From positions 1 through 64,000 of IMG/VR virus record IMGVR_UViG_3300042934_001067: a DNA stretch of 64,000 bases. One strand, given 5' to 3'. The translations under genes and the position numbers were made by a program. Shown one piece after another: positions 26,205-33,896 of the stretch (position 1 is its first letter; each line of letters starts with the position of its first letter). The notes under the pieces were generated by a model that ran no database searches, was not told the DNA's origin, and saw only the letters and a program-made list of their open reading frames with translations. This stretch comes from a virus.

Positions 26205-29200
26205 TCAGCTCCAGGCGGGCTTTTCGACAGCAGGTGCCTTGGAGTAGTTCGAGTTGATCTCGCCCGGGGTGAGGAGCTGGGCGCGCTGGCAGCTGGGGCA
26301 GACGTCGCCGGAGACGATGCCGTCGCTGGCGCCGCCTGGGTTGCCCATGTCCTGGGTCTGGGGCGGGGTGGCGTCGGCGCCGAAGCCGCAGCTCGGGCAG
26401 AACAGGTCGGGGAGGCCGTCGCCGGGCTGGCCCTGCATGGGGGCGGGGGCCATGCCGTAGGGGGAGTCGGCGTCGTCCTGGTCGAGCTTCTCGTCGGGGT
26501 TGCCCGGCTCGTCCGGCCGGTAGGGCATGTCGGGGCCGGGGGTGAACGGGTCGCCGGTACGGTCCTTGCCCCAGCCGGGCAGCTCGCGGGGGCCGACCTG
26601 GCCTCCCTGCTCCGGGTCGGCCATGTCCTGCTGCTGGACGGGGACGTTGCCCTCGGGGTCGATCTCGTTGGGCTGGATCATGCCGTCGCCGTTGCGGTCG
26701 GACACGGCGGGGCCGTCGGTCTGGGTGCCGTCGAGGGCCTGGTCGCCGTACGGGGACGGTGGGAGGCCGTTGTCGTCGAGCTGGTCGGGGTCGATCATCT
26801 GCTGCGACGGGTCCTGCGGGGCGTTCGGGTCCTGCGCCGGGTCGCCGGGCTGGCCGTCCTGCGGCATGGCGGTGCCGTCCCGGTCGACGCGCTGGAGTTC
26901 GCCGTTGTTGTCGACGAGGGCGGGGTCGACGATCTGCTTGCGCAGGTCGTTGGTCTTGGCCTTGTCGAGGTCGGGGTCTCGGAACTGCTCGGGCGGGGAG
27001 ATGAAGCCGCAGACCTGGCAGGCGAGTCCGTCGAAGGTGTCCATGTCGCCGCAGACGGGGCAGTTGGGCTCGCGCAGGGTGTCGACGTCGGCCGGGGCCT
27101 TGATCTCCCCGTATGCCACGGCGCTGATCGTGCCGTCGGCGTTGATGGACGCGGCGTCGGCGAGGCGGGCGACGTGGGAGTTGTTGTCGTCCTTCAGGTG
27201 GGGGGTGTGCTCGCCTGCGAGGTCCCTCCACTGGGTGCGCTGGTTGCGCTGTACGGTCTGGCGGCCCTTGCCGCCCGGCGACTGCTCGTCCTCGGCGGCG
27301 TTCAGGCGCTGGCGGGTCAGCCAGGTGACGGCCTGGACCTCGTGGGGCGGCACGGTGCGGCCTTCCCGGTCGGAGATGACGGCGGCGGCAGTGCGGAAGT
27401 GCTGGGCGGCGTGCTCGTAGTAGTGCCGGTTGCCGGAGGGAAAGCCCCTGGAGGCGTCGGCGTTCAGGCGGCGCCCGGCCGCGACGGACAGTGCGTGCCG
27501 GTCGATGACGACCTTGTCGGAGTGCTCGGGGGGCTTCCCGGCCTGGACGTCCTCGTCGGACTGCGGCTTGTAGCCTGCGTGTTCGATCAGGTGGGCGAAG
27601 TCGGCGGTCTTGGGGCCCTTGAGGACCGTCTGGTGGTCCTCTCCGTTGAGGATGCGCTGGGCGGCGCTGGCGTGGCTGCCCATGACCATCAGGCCCTCGC
27701 CCTTGCCGACGGCCTTCTTCTGGAGGAAGCTCCGGGCCGCGTTGTGCTGGTTGGCCCACCAGTTCTGCTGGGGGCTGTAGGCGGACAGGACACCGGCGCC
27801 CTTGTGCGCGGCCTCCTTGTCGTCCTTGATGTCGGGGTTCAGCTTGGCGATTGCCTTGGCGACGTGGTGCGCGTCCGGGTACCAGCGGGCTCCCTGGGCC
27901 TTCTCCTCCGGCGTGGCCTGGTTCCAGTGGCTCACGATGTGCTCGTGGGACAGCCCGGCCTCTTTGAACCACGGGTGGTCGCCCGGGTTCTCGTACTGCG
28001 GCTTGGCCGCTTCGGCCTGCAGGGCAGCCGCGCGCGGGGGCTGCGCGGTGCTGGGCGTCGGGTACTGAGGCGTCCACATGGCCGCCTCGTCCTGGCGGTG
28101 GGCCTCCTGGTTGAAGGTGCGGCCGTCGTGCGGGACGGGCTCGTGGCCGGTGACGGTGCCGCCCGCGTGCTGCCAGGCCGCGCTGTGGCCGTTGCGGACC
28201 AGCTCCAGGTCCTGGTTGCAGGTACGGCAGAACGGGCTGCCCACGGGCAGGCTGGCGGTCGTGCGGCTGCCGGTTGACTCGATCTTGTCCACTACGGACT
28301 GCGGGATCTTCTCCGGGGTGTCGTAGGAGCCGGAGCGGGCCCGGTGGGTGGTGACGTACCAGCCGTCGTCGTCCTGCTTCAGGCCGACGCCCTCGAAGCG
28401 GGGGTCCTTGCCCGCCGTCTTGTCCTCGTGCTCGTACGACGTTGAGGCCGTCGCCTGGCGGGCGTTGAGGCTGGGCTTGAGCGGCGTGTAGGGCTTGGTC
28501 TTGGTGACGGCGTCCTGGCGGCGCTGGCGGTCGGCGGGGGCGCCGTCCTTGGGGACGGCGGGCGCGGCCGGGGCCGGGTGCTGTGCGGGCTCGGCGAGCT
28601 TGGGGGCGGAGGTGTCCTTGCCGTCCTCGTCGTCGTCCGTCTCCGGGTCGTCGGAGTCGAAGTCGGCCGGGTTGAACTCGGCGGTCTTCGCGGCGGCCAC
28701 GTTCAGGAGGTCGCTGGCGCTGGGGGTGAGGTCGACGGTCACCCTCTGCTGGGCGGCGGCCTTGCCGATGCCGGAGGCGTCCACGCCGAGGAAGTGGGCA
28801 GTCGGGTCGGCCGGGGGTTCGACGAGGACGCTGTTCTCGAAGAAGGACAGGCCGTAGCAGGTCTCGCGGACCAGCTCGCCGATCTTCTTCCCGGAGGCGG
28901 TGCGCCGGTAGATGCGCTTGCCCTTGAGGGCGGGGATGTGGGCGCAGTACTCGGCGGGGGTGCGGGCCTCGTTGCCGCAGGCGGAGCAGACGGAGCGCTC
29001 GACGTCGCAGCCCATGGAGGTCCGGTCGACTTCGCCTGCGAGGATGGCCTTGGCCAGCTTCGGGAAGCGGACGGCGTCGATCTCCATGAGGACCTCGGCC
29101 CAGGTGTCCGGGGTGCCGTCGGGGTTCTTGTCCTGGTGGAGCGCGGCGTCGATGATGACGCCGCGCGCGCGCCGGTGGTTGTCGTTGACGTGGTTCACGA

Positions 29201-29423
29201 AGACGGGCTTGCCGATGAAGGTCCGGTAGGCGGCGGCGATCTCGTCGGCGGGGAATTCGTCGTGGTTGTCGTTCGTGCGTGAACTGATGGCCCTGCTGCG
29301 TACGTACAGGTATCCGGGGCGCGCGTCGTACTGGAAGACCGCGCGGTGGGCCGCCTTGGAGAAGCGCTGCTGCTGGTCGCCGAGCGACGCGGCGATGATC
29401 TGGGCCGTGGCGAACTTCAGCAC
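26205..29423 (-). CDS. Capsid maturation protease polyprotein with inserted HhH DNA-glycosylase-like domain and Zn ribbons
   Basis: N-terminal protease: TNDNHDEF, TFIGKPVFVNH, RTSMGC...CSACG, FFENSVLVEPPADPTA; internal WYPDA...SAYSPQ...GPKTADF...VVIDRHA...QAVTW; C-terminal CxxC motifs. Confidence 0.82.
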   Translation of the reverse strand: MLKFATAQIIAASLGDQQQRFSKAAHRAVFQYDARPGYLYVRSRAISSRTNDNHDEFPADEIAAAYRTFIGKPVFVNHVNDNHRRARGVIIDAALHQDKNPDGTPDTWAEVLMEIDAVRFPKLAKAILAGEVDRTSMGCDVERSVCSACGNEARTPAEYCAHIPALKGKRIYRRTASGKKIGELVRETCYGLSFFENSVLVEPPADPTAHFLGVDASGIGKAAAQQRVTVDLTPSASDLLNVAAAKTAEFNPADFDSDDPETDDDEDGKDTSAPKLAEPAQHPAPAAPAVPKDGAPADRQRRQDAVTKTKPYTPLKPSLNARQATASTSYEHEDKTAGKDPRFEGVGLKQDDDGWYVTTHRARSGSYDTPEKIPQSVVDKIESTGSRTTASLPVGSPFCRTCNQDLELVRNGHSAAWQHAGGTVTGHEPVPHDGRTFNQEAHRQDEAAMWTPQYPTPSTAQPPRAAALQAEAAKPQYENPGDHPWFKEAGLSHEHIVSHWNQATPEEKAQGARWYPDAHHVAKAIAKLNPDIKDDKEAAHKGAGVLSAYSPQQNWWANQHNAARSFLQKKAVGKGEGLMVMGSHASAAQRILNGEDHQTVLKGPKTADFAHLIEHAGYKPQSDEDVQAGKPPEHSDKVVIDRHALSVAAGRRLNADASRGFPSGNRHYYEHAAQHFRTAAAVISDREGRTVPPHEVQAVTWLTRQRLNAAEDEQSPGGKGRQTVQRNQRTQWRDLAGEHTPHLKDDNNSHVARLADAASINADGTISAVAYGEIKAPADVDTLREPNCPVCGDMDTFDGLACQVCGFISPPEQFRDPDLDKAKTNDLRKQIVDPALVDNNGELQRVDRDGTAMPQDGQPGDPAQDPNAPQDPSQQMIDPDQLDDNGLPPSPYGDQALDGTQTDGPAVSDRNGDGMIQPNEIDPEGNVPVQQQDMADPEQGGQVGPRELPGWGKDRTGDPFTPGPDMPYRPDEPGNPDEKLDQDDADSPYGMAPAPMQGQPGDGLPDLFCPSCGFGADATPPQTQDMGNPGGASDGIVSGDVCPSCQRAQLLTPGEINSNYSKAPAVEKPAWS

Positions 29424-29462
29424 ACCGGGTCCTCCTGTCGGGCGGCGGCGCGTGGTGCGCCC

Positions 29463-29497
29463 TCGCCTCTTGAGGCAGGAAGGGAAGCGGGGAACAG
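29463..29497 (-). promoter_or_regulatory. Late promoter motif 12 (protease)
   Basis: CTGT-N22-AAGAGGCGA. Confidence 0.7.
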
Positions 29498-29822
29498 GAA
29501 GGGTGGCCGGGCGGCAACCTTTCAGGGGGCGGCGGCAACAGTTGGGTGTCTGGGAGGTGTGGAGCTGATGAAGGAGGGCAGCAGGGTGGCGAAGGTAAGG
29601 CAGAATCCCGGCAGCGGTGGCACTGCAAACCGGAGTGCCTTTCTCCCTTTGCCGACAAATAGACTTGAAAAGATTTTGCCGCTACCGTTCAGGCAGAACG
29701 TCGTTGTAGGGGCGGGGGCGTTCCTGAGACCGCATAACACAGAGACCCCGGCCGACCTTCCTGTGGTAGGGAAGTGGGTCGGCCGGGGTCTGCTCCGGTC
29801 TACGTCAGCTGCAGTTGGCGGC

Positions 29823-30233
29823 CTACAGCCGGTCCTCCGGAGGAGAGTCCGACGTGGCGGTCGTCGGACCGGGGATGGCCTTCTTGCGATGCCGACCTTC
29901 GTAGGTCGGGACGGCGGTGGAACCGAGGAGGACTCCTGCCAGCGGCCAGCGCGACTGCACGGCCGTGACGGTGATGTAGTACGCACCACCGAGGATGCCG
30001 GTGAGGCCAGCGGTCAGAAGATTCTCTGCCGTGCCGTCCACCTGGACGCCGTGCGACGCGAGCGTCGCGAGGATGTAACCGACGACGGCCGGGACGACCG
30101 TACGGGGAAGAGCGGGACTGGGCACCTGGACTCCTAGGGCCGGGGACTTCTCGTCCCTTGCCGCCGGAACCCCGAGCCCAGACAGCGACTTTGCGCGGGC
30201 CGACAGTGTCACGGCCGTCTGGGCTGCAGTCAT
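29823..30233 (-). CDS. Holin-like two-TM membrane protein
   Basis: RTVVPAVVGYILATLA...GAYY...RWPLAGVLLGS..PTY resembles actinophage holins; long hairpin ~29743-29791 downstream. Confidence 0.6.
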   Translation of the reverse strand: MTAAQTAVTLSARAKSLSGLGVPAARDEKSPALGVQVPSPALPRTVVPAVVGYILATLASHGVQVDGTAENLLTAGLTGILGGAYYITVTAVQSRWPLAGVLLGSTAVPTYEGRHRKKAIPGPTTATSDSPPEDRL

Positions 30234-30425
30234 GTCGGTCACCTCCCGTCGTCGCCCTGGTTACGTTGCTACGCCGATCGTATGACGCTCAGTACCCATG
30301 GTGTCAACTTAATCGACGCTTGAGACCGATTTAAGGTTCCGGGCGTCCACAATGTCGACGCTCGCGTTAGGATGCCCTGCATGAGTGAAGATTTTTCAAC
30401 ATCACGCCCAAGAGGAGGTGACCCC

Positions 30426-30941
30426 ATGCCGCTCGCCACCAAGATCCGGCGGCTGATCGACCTGAAGCGCCAGCCCGACGGGAGTGAGTACCCCCTAGCT
30501 GAGATCGCTCGGGAGGCCTCAAGGTTGTACCGGACCAAGAAGAATCTTCTGGTGAACGATGAGGGCGGCGAGGAGGAGAAGGACGTCCTCAACCGCCAGT
30601 TCCTCAGCGAGCTGCTGAGCGGGAAGAGGGCGAACCCTCCCTTCGACAAGATCGAGGCGCTGAGTCTCTTCTTCGAGGTGAGCCCCGCGTACTTCGCCAT
30701 CGGCGCCGAGGTGACGGAAGAGACCCGTGCGGCGGAGAACGAAGTCCAACTCATCGCTGATTTGCGGGAGTTGAAGGAAAAACTAGACACAGAGGGTGAC
30801 GAAGCAAGCGAGGAGGGTACCGAGCTGCTCGCCGCCATCTTTCGAGGGGCGAAGGAGGAAGACCCCCAGGCAGTGATGGGTGTGTTCCGTATGACCCTGG
30901 CCGCGATGAAGATGAACTCCAGGAAAGACCGGTCCTCGTAG
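30426..30941 (+). CDS. EspR-like XRE-family transcription regulator
   Basis: LATKIRRL...LSELLSGKRANPPFDKIEALSLFFEVSPAYF parallels EspR LSQLRSGNRTNPS...ALANFFRIKAAYF; AGGAGGT RBS. Confidence 0.85.
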   Translation: MPLATKIRRLIDLKRQPDGSEYPLAEIAREASRLYRTKKNLLVNDEGGEEEKDVLNRQFLSELLSGKRANPPFDKIEALSLFFEVSPAYFAIGAEVTEETRAAENEVQLIADLRELKEKLDTEGDEASEEGTELLAAIFRGAKEEDPQAVMGVFRMTLAAMKMNSRKDRSS

Positions 30942-31012
30942 TCCGGTTGTCAGCCCCTTGCATTACGCTGAGTGGCGTACTTGACCAGGTTAGTGATCAC
31001 AGGGGGCAGTAG

Positions 31013-31552
31013 ATGAGAATGAGGCTGCGCCAGGGCGGTCTGAAGGACGTGTGGAGTCAGGCCCTGTCGGCCCTGGTGCTCCCCGTGTCCCCTTGGACCG
31101 GGGAAGCGCTGCTGCGGGCCTACGTGGAGCAGGTCAGGGGAAATGAACTCGTCCTGAGCCGGGAGTCCTTCATGGCCTCACCGGAGGGACCGAGCGGAGC
31201 ATGGATCCCCCTCGACAGTCTCAAAACGGACATCGTCTGGGCTCATCCCGCCGCGACGGGTGTCCAGCTCGACCACGTTCTGAGGCATGAACTCGGGCAC
31301 ATGGTGAACGGAGACGTGCCCGAGAAGCGCAACCTCCGCGACGCTGTGCGCCTCCTTCAGCTGAGCCACACGTCCGGCCTCGCCCGGGCCGCTCTCGGTG
31401 GCTGGAGGTGCCGTGCCGACAGCACCAGCACCGACAAGCGCGAGCAGAAGGCCGAGGACTTCGGCTACTTCACCGAACGCTGGGTAGCCCGCCACAGCCC
31501 GCGCGGAGCCACGCTGCTCGTATCGAACATGAGGCAGAGCCTCGAACCCTGA
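31013..31552 (+). CDS. ImmA/IrrE-like HEXXH metallopeptidase-fold protein
   Basis: PSGAW...DIVW...HVLRHELGH...REQKAEDF. Confidence 0.75.
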   Translation: MRMRLRQGGLKDVWSQALSALVLPVSPWTGEALLRAYVEQVRGNELVLSRESFMASPEGPSGAWIPLDSLKTDIVWAHPAATGVQLDHVLRHELGHMVNGDVPEKRNLRDAVRLLQLSHTSGLARAALGGWRCRADSTSTDKREQKAEDFGYFTERWVARHSPRGATLLVSNMRQSLEP

Positions 31553-31564
31553 CCTGGAGTACCG

Positions 31565-32848
31565 GTGACCGCCACACCTGATCTGTTCGCCTGGGCCATC
31601 GTGACAGCCCTCACGCTGGAGGTCCTGCGAAGGACCCCCGCCGCGATCCGCAACCCGCGCGGGCGGACCCTGTGGCTGGTCTTCTTCGCCCTCGACGTGT
31701 CCATGGCCCAGAAGATCCAGGGGGTCGGCGACTTCCTCCACCACCTCACCGGCTGGAACGACATCGCCACCCTCGTCAAGCACCTCCTCGGCGTGGCCGC
31801 CGTCGCCGGACTCCTGCACTGGGTCACCAGCGTCGTTCCCGGCCGCGAGGACGGAAGACGCGAACCCCGCTACCGGCGCGCCATCAGCAGCAGGCCACGG
31901 CGCATCGTCACCTGGGCAGCCGTCGCCGTCATCTTCTTCACCTTCTGGCAGTCCCAGCGCCGCCAGGGCAGCGCAGAGGACGGCGACTTCATCTTCGTCC
32001 AGGCGGGCCACTTCTGGGGAAGCCTCCACCTGCTTCTCTTCTACGCTTACTTGATCTTCGGCCTGCTCTGCGCCTCCATGATGTGCGCGGCGGCCTCCCG
32101 CGAGCCCTCCTCCCACGGCGCCTTCAAGTACGGCATGCAGGTCCTGTCCCTCGGATGCATCGTCGGCTCGATGTACGGCTTCGTCCGCTCTGGCTACCTG
32201 ATCGCCCGCCTCTTCAAGAAGCCCTTCCTCGGCGGCGAAGTCTTCGTGGACACCGCGTCCAACTTCTGCCTCGCCGGATGCATCCTCCTCGTCCTGGCAG
32301 GCGCGAACGCACCGAAGTGGGAACGCATGGACCAGCGGGTGAGAGCCCACGGTGCCGTCAACGACCTCTGGCCCATGTGGAACCGGCTGACCACCGCCGT
32401 CCCCTCGGTCATCTACGAGGACGCCGACGCAAAGCCCCGCCAGCGCACGCTCCCCGCACCCCTCGTCCCTCTGGCCGGGCGCCTGCACGACTTCTGGAAC
32501 TGGAAGCGCCTCGACGTCCGCCTCAGCAGGCGGATCACCGAAATCTGCGACGTCTCCATGCACCTGAGCCCGTACGTCCCTCCGCACCTTTACGAGCGCG
32601 TCGGGACAGTCGTCCAGGACCTCGGCCTGCCCCGGCACACGGTGCCCGCCTACCTCCTGCGGACCGCCATGAAGCGCAAGGCGGCCGGAGAGCCGCCGTT
32701 CGCCGAGCGACCGGACGCGGCCATCCTCGTGGCCGACACGGAACTCCTCGGCACCACGGCGAAGTTCCTCCCCGTCGGCAAGGCCATGAGCGACAACGAC
32801 CTGATGGACCGACTGGACCGCAGCATCAAGGCCGGAGTGAACGCGTGA
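31565..32848 (+). CDS. MAB_1171c-like multi-TM membrane protein with cytoplasmic C-domain
   Basis: About seven hydrophobic helices followed by LWPMWNRLTTAVPSV...RRITEICD motif; usual neighbour of XRE plus HEXXH genes in actinomycetes (from memory). Confidence 0.75.
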   Translation: MTATPDLFAWAIVTALTLEVLRRTPAAIRNPRGRTLWLVFFALDVSMAQKIQGVGDFLHHLTGWNDIATLVKHLLGVAAVAGLLHWVTSVVPGREDGRREPRYRRAISSRPRRIVTWAAVAVIFFTFWQSQRRQGSAEDGDFIFVQAGHFWGSLHLLLFYAYLIFGLLCASMMCAAASREPSSHGAFKYGMQVLSLGCIVGSMYGFVRSGYLIARLFKKPFLGGEVFVDTASNFCLAGCILLVLAGANAPKWERMDQRVRAHGAVNDLWPMWNRLTTAVPSVIYEDADAKPRQRTLPAPLVPLAGRLHDFWNWKRLDVRLSRRITEICDVSMHLSPYVPPHLYERVGTVVQDLGLPRHTVPAYLLRTAMKRKAAGEPPFAERPDAAILVADTELLGTTAKFLPVGKAMSDNDLMDRLDRSIKAGVNA

Positions 32849-33417
32849 CCCGCATCAAGGCCGCACGACTCCTCACGGACCTCGTCGACCCCAAGAACGT
32901 CATCATCGTCCTGTGCCTGCTCATAGGCGCGCACTACGGCTGGAGCGGCATCGGCTGGAGCACGGCCGCAATCTTCTTCTGCGCGGTCGTCCCGATCGTT
33001 TTCATCGTCCTCACCAGTGACACCCGGACCTTCGCCGACCGGCACGTCCCCGAGCGTGCCCGCCGGATGGTCGTCATCCCTGTCATCGTGCTGTCGGTGC
33101 TGACCTGCCTGACCCTCATGGTCGTCGGCGGCGCCCCGGCGCCGATCCTGTCCATGGTCGGCGCCATGCTGGCCACGCTGGCCGTCCTGTGGCCCGTCAC
33201 CAAGTACACCAAGATCAGCTTCCACACGGCCGTCCTCACCGGCGCCCTGGCTATGCTCGGACTGCTCTACGGCCCCTGGTGGATACTCTCCGCAGCCCTC
33301 GTGCCGCTGGTCGCCTGGTCCCGCGCCCAGCTCCAGGACCACACCCCGGTCCAGACCGTAGCCGGAGCAGTCCTCGGCGCCGTCGTCGCCGGACCCGTCT
33401 TCCTCCTCGGCCTGTAA
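32845..33417 (+). CDS. PAP2-like membrane phosphatase
   Basis: GTGA overlap; KISFHTA and WSRAQLQDHTPVQTVAG correspond to PAP2 C2/C3 motifs; multiple TMs. Confidence 0.75.
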   Translation: MTRIKAARLLTDLVDPKNVIIVLCLLIGAHYGWSGIGWSTAAIFFCAVVPIVFIVLTSDTRTFADRHVPERARRMVVIPVIVLSVLTCLTLMVVGGAPAPILSMVGAMLATLAVLWPVTKYTKISFHTAVLTGALAMLGLLYGPWWILSAALVPLVAWSRAQLQDHTPVQTVAGAVLGAVVAGPVFLLGL

Positions 33418-33421
33418 CGAC

Positions 33422-33448
33422 GCCGGGCCCCTCAAAAAGGGGCCCGGC
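33422..33448. terminator. Bidirectional terminator
   Basis: GCCGGGCCCCT-CAAAA-AGGGGCCCGGC between convergent genes. Confidence 0.7.
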
Positions 33449-33470
33449 ACTTCAACAGTTCGATGCTTTT

Positions 33471-33896
33471 TCAGACGACCAGCATACGCAGCGCCATCTG
33501 CATCTCGCCCGGCGTCAGCTCACCGCCCGCCGCGATCTTCTCCCGCAACTGCGCCTGCTCCCGCTCCTCGTCCGTCATCCCGTAGTACGGGTCCGGCCGG
33601 TGCTCGGCCAGCACCCGGCGCACCGCCGCCAGGTCGACCGACGACGGCGTGACGTAGAAGATGACCGGGTCCTGCGCGCTCACCGGCCCCGGCAGGCCGT
33701 CCTCGTCGATGGGAATGACAGCAGCCACCTGGACGGACGGACCGAGCGCCTCGGTCACCTCCACCTGCAGCTGGCCGACCGCGACCTCGCGGTTCCAGGT
33801 GAAACGGTGGCTGTCCCCCCGGAAGGGGTCCACCGGGTCGCCGCTGCCGTTCTCCTCCGGCGTCGGCTCCACGTCGTGCTTGTTCAGGCCAGCCAT
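33471..33896 (-). CDS. Hypothetical late protein
   Basis: 141 aa overlapping upstream gene end, GGAGG RBS. Confidence 0.65.
   Translation of the reverse strand: MAGLNKHDVEPTPEENGSGDPVDPFRGDSHRFTWNREVAVGQLQVEVTEALGPSVQVAAVIPIDEDGLPGPVSAQDPVIFYVTPSSVDLAAVRRVLAEHRPDPYYGMTDEEREQAQLREKIAAGGELTPGEMQMALRMLVV

Noticed and set aside
29500-29740. AT-richer gap as a replication origin or small ORF
   Set aside because: No iterons or rep gene seen; candidate short ORFs lack convincing codon usage
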